A DNA stretch of 64,000 bases from an uncultured Acidimicrobiales bacterium (lineage in GTDB: Bacteria; Actinomycetota; Acidimicrobiia; Acidimicrobiales; SZUA-35): contig CALJSB010000013.1 of the NCBI GenBank assembly GCA_937976305.1, positions 8,643 through 72,642 on the forward strand, read 5' to 3'. Both the position numbers and the translations under genes were made by a program. The notes beneath the pieces were generated by a model. It did not search any database, was not told the DNA's origin, and worked only from the letters and a program-made list of their open reading frames with translations. Numbering within the stretch: position 1 is the first letter of the stretch; the number at the start of each line of letters is the position of its first letter. Below, in pieces: positions 57,680 through 64,000 of this stretch.

Positions 57680-58546
57680 TTAGAGGCTCAAGGCGGCGCG
57701 GGCGACCAAGTCGACGCCAAATGCCGTCAGGATCGCAAGATAGAGCAGACCGGTTGCCGCCATGACCGCCGAATACTGGCGCTCGCGAAGCGCGGCAATG
57801 GTCACACCGACCAGCGCAATAGTGGCGACGACACACGCCACCCAAAACCAGCCGAGCATGCCCGCATATCCATCGTCGATGGCGCCGCTGAGTACCGAGA
57901 TCATGCCGGTCGGGATCAGCAGGAGGACAACTTCGGGAAGCCACGTGATGCCAGTCCACCTGACCAACTCATTGAGGGGTTCTCGGCCGAGACCGGGCTG
58001 CACGAGATACCAGTGGCCGAGCAACATGGCGTCGCTCACGGCGCCAAGAAACAAGGCGCCGACGAGCACGCGAGCCAGCTGCAGCCATGCCGGGTCTCCA
58101 GCGTTGAGCCCTGCGCCGATCAGTCCAACAAACCCGAAGACTGGGGCGATGAGATCGAGCCGAGGGTCAAACTCCGGTCCCTCTTCTGCTTTTGTCTGAC
58201 TGGCCCGATCGATGCCGGTCATTGCGGCAACCCGTTCAGAACGCGACTCGGCGACTGCCTTTTGGCCCGACACACCGCGGGCTCGCCGGGTCCATGACTG
58301 AGCGCCCGAAATCACACAACCAGCGATGACGCCCGCCGAACCGATCTCGCGAACCGGTTGCAGGCCAAATGCAAGTCCGAGGTACAGCGCAAGGCAAGCC
58401 AAGAGCCCGTAGGTAATGCGCATGGTCCAGCCATAACCAATGCCGACTTCCCTCCGCCGAGTCGTGACCCAGAGAAAGAGCAGGCCGCCGGTGGACCATT
58501 GCAGCATCACGGTTGCGCCGTGCAGATCGAGCATCGCGAAGGTCAT
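57680..58546 (-). CDS. Polytopic membrane protein, unknown function
   Basis: About 7 predicted TM segments from the ATG at 58546 (the ORF opens at 58639). No motif was recognised. Confidence 0.55.
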   Translation of the reverse strand: MTFAMLDLHGATVMLQWSTGGLLFLWVTTRRREVGIGYGWTMRITYGLLACLALYLGLAFGLQPVREIGSAGVIAGCVISGAQSWTRRARGVSGQKAVAESRSERVAAMTGIDRASQTKAEEGPEFDPRLDLIAPVFGFVGLIGAGLNAGDPAWLQLARVLVGALFLGAVSDAMLLGHWYLVQPGLGREPLNELVRWTGITWLPEVVLLLIPTGMISVLSGAIDDGYAGMLGWFWVACVVATIALVGVTIAALRERQYSAVMAATGLLYLAILTAFGVDLVARAALSL

Positions 58547-58735
58547 GCACTGATGGCGGCGAACATTGGCTTCAGCGTACCGGCGCGACTGCTTCAGACC
58601 GGGGTCGGACGACGGCGCAAATGGGAGCCGGGGCCGCACGACCCCCTCAAATTGGGCCCAATGGACCCTGTGACAAAACCGGCCCCCGCCGACAGGTTGT
58701 AGGCAGGCGGGAACCTAGCAAGCAACAGGGCAGAA

Positions 58736-59434
58736 GTGACCACGAACACGACCGATTTTGGCGGAAAAGCAAGTGAGCTCCATACCGACGAACGGCTCGC
58801 CGTTCAGCGGATTGGAAGCACACTTGAACAGTTGAGCTCGCGGCTCGAAGCCGTTCGCTCAGCACATGATCTGTCGTGGCGTGGCCTTCTGTCCGAGCAA
58901 CGCAAGATCGGCTCGCTTCGGCGGGCTGGCGTTGCCCCAACTGCTGATGAGTTTTGGGCCGAAACGGCGCTGCCGATGGCAAACAAACTTCGATCAGCTG
59001 CCATCGTCGTGATTGACGATGAGCTCGAGTCGGCCACGGCCGCCATGGAGCAGCTGCGCCTCGTCTGCGATCAAAACCGATCATCACGAACGATCTCGAA
59101 TCCAACCGCCACGCTGGCAACATTGCCAGCCCCACGGCTGAGCAGGGTGCCCCTCGATCAGGTCGGAGCATGCTGGCAGCGTCGGTTGCGCGTGACCTCG
59201 ATTGCTCGAATCGTCGTGCCCCTTCTCATTGCGCCAGCAAGCCAGACGCACGACCGGGTCCTGCAGTCCGAGCTTCAACTCCTGACCAGAGCTCCATGGC
59301 AGCACGGCGATCGCCTGCTCAGTGCCTATGAGACAGCCCACGGCGAGATTCGCGAGTACCTCAGAGAAGCCGTCGATCTTGCCGTCCAGCCGGCAGCTGC
59401 CGACGACGACTCCATCATCCTCGGTCTGCCCTAG
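58736..59434 (+). CDS. Hypothetical soluble protein
   Basis: 232-aa ORF with a GTG start. It is helical and Leu/Ala/Arg-rich, with no recognisable motif. No better ORF lies on the other strand. Confidence 0.45.
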   Translation: MTTNTTDFGGKASELHTDERLAVQRIGSTLEQLSSRLEAVRSAHDLSWRGLLSEQRKIGSLRRAGVAPTADEFWAETALPMANKLRSAAIVVIDDELESATAAMEQLRLVCDQNRSSRTISNPTATLATLPAPRLSRVPLDQVGACWQRRLRVTSIARIVVPLLIAPASQTHDRVLQSELQLLTRAPWQHGDRLLSAYETAHGEIREYLREAVDLAVQPAAADDDSIILGLP

Positions 59435-59481
59435 CTGACTCAGACGAGCGATCTGGGCCGAAAGCGGGCAGGCTAGAACGC

Positions 59482-59733
59482 GTGCATCCCGTGTCGACCG
59501 TGCTGTTTCTCGTTGGCTACGGGCTCGCGCTCCCACCGTTGTTCCGATGGGCTCAGGTTCTTGCTCGTCGCAGCAGCCTCGCCCTTGCCGGCCACCAACT
59601 CGGCATGGGCATCGCGATGCTCGGTTGGTTCCTCCGGGGTCGAGTCGTCATTGGTGTCGCCCACCTTGCATGGATGGTCGGGGCGAAGATCTGGTTTGAG
59701 GTAGCCGCCAAGGCGCCCAAGAGATCGACGTGA
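59482..59733 (+). CDS. Small membrane protein (2-3 TM)
   Basis: 83 aa with hydrophobic segments VLFLVGYGLALPPLF, GMGIAMLGWFL and VVIGVAHLAWMVGA. The stop overlaps the next start (GTGA). Confidence 0.5.
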   Translation: MHPVSTVLFLVGYGLALPPLFRWAQVLARRSSLALAGHQLGMGIAMLGWFLRGRVVIGVAHLAWMVGAKIWFEVAAKAPKRST

Positions 59734-60281
59734 AGATCAACATCGCCGGCGCCTCAGGCACGGGGAAAACCACGCTTGCCACAGCTCTCGCGAATCGTCT
59801 CGATGTCCCCATGCTCGACTCCGATCAGTACTACTGGCTGCCCACCGACCCGCCGTTCACGACGACGCGCCCGGTGGAAGATCGTCGACGGCTGTTGCGA
59901 GCCGATTTCGATCGCCATCCCACGCTTGTGCTCAGCGGGGCGATGACCGGCTCGTGGGGCTCCGACTGGGACGGCGACCTCGACCTGGTGGTCTTTCTGC
60001 TGTTGCCGCCCGAGGTTCGCATGGACCGGCTCCGGGCTCGCGAAGAGCAGCGCTACGGCGCCGCTCTGCGAAACGACGCCCCCGTGGCCGCCAACTCTGC
60101 TGAGTTCCTCGAGTGGGCAGCGAGCTACGACACATCGAGCGATGACCCAACCAGCCGCAACGGCCATGAAGCCTGGCTCGCCGGGCTCACCTGTCCGGTT
60201 TTGCGGCTCGAATCAACGAGCAGTGTCGAAGTGCACGTCGAGCGCATCGTCGCTCACATCGAGCACTCTCAGACGACCTGA
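59730..60281 (+). CDS. P-loop NTPase/kinase-like protein (adenylate-kinase-fold, topology-modulation-like)
   Basis: KINIAGASGTGKTTLA Walker A at the extreme N-terminus. 183 aa. Confidence 0.7.
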   Translation: MKINIAGASGTGKTTLATALANRLDVPMLDSDQYYWLPTDPPFTTTRPVEDRRRLLRADFDRHPTLVLSGAMTGSWGSDWDGDLDLVVFLLLPPEVRMDRLRAREEQRYGAALRNDAPVAANSAEFLEWAASYDTSSDDPTSRNGHEAWLAGLTCPVLRLESTSSVEVHVERIVAHIEHSQTT

Positions 60282-61957
60282 GCCGCTGCGCTCCCCGCAT
60301 GATGGCTCGAACGAGTCAGCGGGCTTGACTCGACGTGGGCAATGCCCAACTGCGTTTCGCCGATCTCTTTGAAGTGGGCGAATTCGTCTGGGCTGACCCA
60401 ACGGTTGATCGGCAAGTGATGGGTCGTCGGTCGCAAGTACTGCCCGATCGTGACGATGTCGACGCCGACGGCTGCGAGGTCAGCCATGGTGGCGACGACC
60501 TCGTCGAACGTTTCGCCCATACCAACAATGAGGCCCGACTTGGTCCGCATGCCGGCGGCCTTTGCTCGAGCCAGAAGCGTGAGGCTCCGGGCGTAACCAG
60601 CTGACGGCCGAACCGCTCGCTGCAGCCGAGCCACCGTCTCGATGTTGTGATTGATGATGTCGGGGGCAGATTCGACGATGGTCTCGAGCGACGATCGAGA
60701 ACCCTTCAGATCGGAGATCAGCACCTCAATACCGGTACCGGGTGTGCGCTCTCGGATGCGTTCAACCGATTGGGCGACGATTGCGGCACCGCCATCGTCG
60801 AGATCGTCGCGGGCAACCATGGTGAGAACGGCGAAGTCGAGCCCCAGCGAGGCAACCGCATCGGCGATGCGATCCGGCTCACTGGTGTCGACAGCTTCGG
60901 GTTTGCGGGTGTCGACGAGGCAGAAGCCGCAGGCTCTCGTGCACCGCTCCCCCAGCAACATGAACGTTGCCGTGCCCTCGTTCCAGCAATCGAAGATGTT
61001 GGGGCATCCGGCCTCTTCACACACCGTGGTGAGCCCGAGATCCTTCGAGACCGATTTGAGCCGACGAAACTCCGGACTCGTTTCGAGCTTCACCCGCATC
61101 CACTCTGGTTTTCGGGTGCCGATATCGAGACCCCCCTCGACGCCTGCCTGGTCGAGGCGACGCCCGAGCTGAACCGGAACCGTCCGAGCGGGTTCGTTGG
61201 CCGGCGGCTCGTCAGTCTTCGAAGGCCGGATGATCTCGCCTGGGCCCTCGCCCCGAGAAAAGGCCGAGAGATCGGTGGTCAGGTGACGGAACGCAACATC
61301 TTGCCGGTCTGCGGTGCGCCCCGGGAACAGGTGAGGCTGGGCGCTGGCGGCCACCAGATCGACAACCTCTTGGATCGATACATCGATGCCTTCGGCTTGC
61401 AGCGACGTGACCCCTTTGTCGGTGATGCCGCACGGGACGATGTGGCTGAACCAATCGAGGTCGACGTCGACATTGAGCGCAAATCCGTGCATCGAGCGAC
61501 CTCGACTGAGGCGCACGCCGACCGCTGCGAGCTTGCGAGGGCGCACACCATCGGGATCGACCCAGACCCCTGCCGCACCCTCGACTCGACCAGTCTCGAG
61601 ACCGAGCTCGGCAACCGCATCAATGAGCGTTTGTTCGACCGCAGTGATCCAGTTCTTGGTGTCGGCAAAGCCGCCGCCCCGCTTGCCGGGAACGGCCATG
61701 ACGGGGTAACCCACGAGTTGACCAGGACCATGAAACGTGACGTCGCCGCCACGGTTGACCTGGTAGAGCTCGGCTCCGATGGTGCTGGGGTCAACCAGGA
61801 CGTGCTCGGTGACGCCGCGGATTCCGTGGGTGAACACCGGAGGGTGCTCGAGCAACAGCAAATGGTCAGCGTCGCCCTCGAAGAGACGGGACTGCAGGTC
61901 CCAGGCCTCGGCGTATGAAACGTTGCCGAGCCAGCGAACCCTCACGGGTTCGCTCAC
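60269..61957 (-). CDS. lipB-lipA: Fused octanoyltransferase-lipoyl synthase (LipB-LipA in one reading frame)
   Basis: N-terminal part: LLLLEHPPVFTHG ... NRGGDVTFHGPGQLVGYP ... RKLAAVGVR ... PCG (LipB). C-terminal part: KPEWMRVKL ... TVCEEAGCPNIFDCW ... CTRACGFCLVDT ... RSSHHAG (LipA). No stop lies between them. I chose the GTG at 61957 (or 61945); the longest ORF (to 62110) overlaps sucB. Confidence 0.85.
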   Translation of the reverse strand: MSEPVRVRWLGNVSYAEAWDLQSRLFEGDADHLLLLEHPPVFTHGIRGVTEHVLVDPSTIGAELYQVNRGGDVTFHGPGQLVGYPVMAVPGKRGGGFADTKNWITAVEQTLIDAVAELGLETGRVEGAAGVWVDPDGVRPRKLAAVGVRLSRGRSMHGFALNVDVDLDWFSHIVPCGITDKGVTSLQAEGIDVSIQEVVDLVAASAQPHLFPGRTADRQDVAFRHLTTDLSAFSRGEGPGEIIRPSKTDEPPANEPARTVPVQLGRRLDQAGVEGGLDIGTRKPEWMRVKLETSPEFRRLKSVSKDLGLTTVCEEAGCPNIFDCWNEGTATFMLLGERCTRACGFCLVDTRKPEAVDTSEPDRIADAVASLGLDFAVLTMVARDDLDDGGAAIVAQSVERIRERTPGTGIEVLISDLKGSRSSLETIVESAPDIINHNIETVARLQRAVRPSAGYARSLTLLARAKAAGMRTKSGLIVGMGETFDEVVATMADLAAVGVDIVTIGQYLRPTTHHLPINRWVSPDEFAHFKEIGETQLGIAHVESSPLTRSSHHAGSAAAQVV

Positions 61958-62000
61958 GTCGACACGCTCGGGCGCCGACGCAGCCGGGGCGTCGTCGATG

Positions 62001-63455
62001 TCAGCCGAGCTCAGGTTCCCAGTCACGGGTCTCGATGATCTCGCGCACTCGGGCGAGGAAGGCGGCGGCGTAGGCGCCGTCGATGGCCCGGTGGTCCCAG
62101 GCCATGGCAAGCACGCCGACGGAGTGAATCACGATCGATTCGTTGCCGTAGCTGTCTTCGACGACGACTGGCTTGCGCTTCACGGCGTCGGTCGACAGGA
62201 TCGCCACCTGCGGCTGGTTGATGATCGGGAACTGCATCATCGTGCCATAGCTGCCGGCATTGGTCAGCGTGAAGGTTCCGCCCGACAGCTCATCAGGAGA
62301 CAGCTGCTTGGCCCGAGCCCGACGGGCAACATCAGAGATGCCACGGGCGATGGCCCGCATGCGCATGCCATCGGCGCCCTTCACAACCGGGGCCAGGAGA
62401 CCCTGGAAGTCGAGATCGACGGCGACGGCCATGTTGATGTCGGAGTGGACGATCAACTCACGATCACCGATCGATGCGTTGAGGTGCGGATACTCGCGAA
62501 GGGCGTCGACTACGGCTCGCGTAATGAACGGCAGGTAAGTGAGGCTGAAGCCTTCCTGCTCCTTGAATGCCTTGCCGTGGGCGGCTCGGACTTGGTCAAC
62601 GCCTTCGTAGTCGATCTCGATCGCCGTGAGCGTGTGAGGGGCGACCGCCTTCGACATGACCATGTGCTCGCCAGTGCGCAGGCGAATGTTGGACAGGGGC
62701 ACGACCGAGTCGCGAGCGCCGACGGCAGGAACTGGCGCCGTAGCAGCGGGGGCGGGAGCCGCTGAAGGCGCTGCCGGAGCAGGAGCAGCAGGAGCCGGAG
62801 CTGGCGCTGCCGGAGCAGCAGCGGCGGGAGCGGGAGCCGGCGCGGCAGGAGCAGCCGGGGCCGCCGTGGCCTGCAACTTGTTGGCTTCGATGTAGCGCTG
62901 CACATCGTCGCGAGAGATCCGACCGCCAAGGCCGGTTCCCGAGATCTGATTGACGTCGATCGCGTATTCGGTCACGAGGCGTCGAACGACGGGTGAGAGC
63001 ACCTTGCCTGCGGTGTTTCCAGCGGAACCGCCAGCCGGGGCAGCTGCGGCCGCCGGAGCTGGAGCCGCTGGAGCTGGAGCTGGAGCTGGAGCTGCGGGGG
63101 CTGGAGCTGCCGCAGGAGCAGGCGGAGCCTCGGCAGCAGGAGCCGGTGCGGGGGCTGGCTCCGGAGCAGGAGCCTCGGCCGCAGGAGCCGCGGCGGCTGC
63201 CGGAGCAGCTGCGCCTCCAGCGCTGTCGCCGAGCACAGCAAGGACGGTGCCGACTTCGACGGTGTCTCCCTCAGGAACGACGATCTCCGAGATGACGCCT
63301 GCGATCGGTGACGGAACTTCGGTGTCGACCTTGTCGGTCGAGACCTCGAAGAGCACCTCATCGACGGCGATCGAGTCGCCAACTTGCTTGAACCATCGGG
63401 TGATGGTTCCTTCCGTTACGGTCTCGCCCAGTTGGGGCATCTCAATTTCGGCCAC
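62001..63455 (-). CDS. sucB: Dihydrolipoamide acyltransferase E2 (lipoyl domain, A/P linkers, PSBD, catalytic domain)
   Basis: MAEIEMPQLGETVTEGTITRW ... EVSTDKVD (lipoyl-Lys), LSPVVRRL (PSBD), DHRAIDGA (catalytic). Confidence 0.95.
   Translation of the reverse strand: MAEIEMPQLGETVTEGTITRWFKQVGDSIAVDEVLFEVSTDKVDTEVPSPIAGVISEIVVPEGDTVEVGTVLAVLGDSAGGAAAPAAAAAPAAEAPAPEPAPAPAPAAEAPPAPAAAPAPAAPAPAPAPAAPAPAAAAAPAGGSAGNTAGKVLSPVVRRLVTEYAIDVNQISGTGLGGRISRDDVQRYIEANKLQATAAPAAPAAPAPAPAAAAPAAPAPAPAAPAPAAPSAAPAPAATAPVPAVGARDSVVPLSNIRLRTGEHMVMSKAVAPHTLTAIEIDYEGVDQVRAAHGKAFKEQEGFSLTYLPFITRAVVDALREYPHLNASIGDRELIVHSDINMAVAVDLDFQGLLAPVVKGADGMRMRAIARGISDVARRARAKQLSPDELSGGTFTLTNAGSYGTMMQFPIINQPQVAILSTDAVKRKPVVVEDSYGNESIVIHSVGVLAMAWDHRAIDGAYAAAFLARVREIIETRDWEPELG
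63055..63094. repeat. GGAGCT/GAGCTG hexanucleotide microsatellite in the E2 Ala-Pro linker
   Basis: GAGCTG x4 is perfect at 63071-63094, with flanking imperfect copies. It encodes (AP)n on the minus strand. Confidence 0.8.
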
Positions 63456-63572
63456 GTCGGTGCTCGCTCCTGCGGGTTACTTTTTCTCGAACTTGTGTCG
63501 TGCCGGAGCTCTTCCGGACTTGCGGGTTGTGTGACGCCACCGAGATCAAATGCGGCGTCGGAAGGTGTCAGT

Positions 63573-64000
63573 TTAGCCGTGCAATGAACGGCCGGTGAGG
63601 GCGAGAACACTCTCGCCGAAGAGTTCACTCAGTGTCGGGTGCGGCTGGATGAACTGGGCCACTTCGTTCACCGTGGCTTCCCAGTTGACGGCGAGATAGG
63701 CCTGGCCCAATTGCTCGGTGACCCACGGGCCAGCCATGTGCACACCAAGAATGGTGCCGCCCGTTCCGTCGGGGAGCTTCTCGGCCACGATTTTCACCAA
63801 CCCCTCGGTTTCGCCGACGATCATGGCCCGGCCGTTGCCAGTGAAGCGGTGCTTCGAAATGACAACGTCGTGGCCAGCTTCTTTGGCCTCGGCTTCGGTC
63901 ATCCCAGCAAAGGCAACCTCGGGGTGGCAGTAGATGCACCACGGCAACTTCGAACCATCGAGTGGTACGGCGTCTTCGCCGAGGATGTCGGTGATGGCGA
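63573..64000 (-). CDS. lpd: Dihydrolipoyl dehydrogenase, C-terminal dimerisation domain (gene continues beyond the right edge)
   Basis: ...CIYCHPEVAFAGMTEAEAKEAG ... FTGNGRA ... IQPHPTLSE. The frame stays open upstream of the ORF-track TTG at 63947 through to base 64000. Confidence 0.9.
   Translation of the reverse strand, partial: AITDILGEDAVPLDGSKLPWCIYCHPEVAFAGMTEAEAKEAGHDVVISKHRFTGNGRAMIVGETEGLVKIVAEKLPDGTGGTILGVHMAGPWVTEQLGQAYLAVNWEATVNEVAQFIQPHPTLSELFGESVLALTGRSLHG

Noticed and set aside
62740-63230. A repetitive GC-rich array that could look like a CRISPR or a tandem-repeat locus
   Set aside because: It has no repeat-spacer periodicity. It is the Ala/Pro-linker coding region of the E2 acyltransferase gene.

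Overview
This is a GC-rich (judged by eye, not computed), very tightly packed chromosomal segment with Actinomycetota-type synteny (pepA ... lpd-sucB-lipB/lipA, birA divergent from accA, Ku/LigD-pol, MoeZ-like, LpdA-like). I found no rRNA, tRNA, CRISPR array, integrase or transposase. Both ends carry housekeeping genes: CNNM-type transporters, an M23 peptidase, BirA, an acyl-CoA carboxylase alpha subunit, a Na+/H+ antiporter, methylmalonyl-CoA mutase, leucyl aminopeptidase, the NHEJ pair and the 2-oxoacid dehydrogenase/lipoylation genes. The centre (about 10.9-47.1 kb) is a large locus for a rhamnose-containing cell-envelope glycopolymer. It contains rmlCBDA, an NDP-HexNAc dehydrogenase and a Wzm/Wzt ABC exporter whose Wzt has a C-terminal glycan-binding domain. 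It also contains a WbdD-like methyltransferase-coiled-coil protein, GT4 and GT2 transferases, a Gtr-like decoration module (polyprenyl-P GT2, a flippase-like protein and two GT-C proteins), a sulfotransferase and a further methyltransferase. Three observations stand out. (1) A bicistron recurs three times: a coiled-coil protein ending in an STTW...PYRxVR tail, translationally coupled to a two-domain GT2. (2) Three secreted proteins in the locus (an FG-GAP propeller, a SpoIID-domain protein and an amidase_2) share a ~205-aa four-repeat DUF4214-type C-terminal module. (3) Methylmalonyl-CoA mutase and meaB lie 20.7 kb apart with glycan genes between them. Other points are an in-frame lipB-lipA fusion, a domain-permuted MoeZ-like protein and an AT-rich promoter region with 10-bp-phased ACGT repeats plus a perfect palindrome. 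All functional calls rest on motif recognition in the supplied translations. No database search was run.
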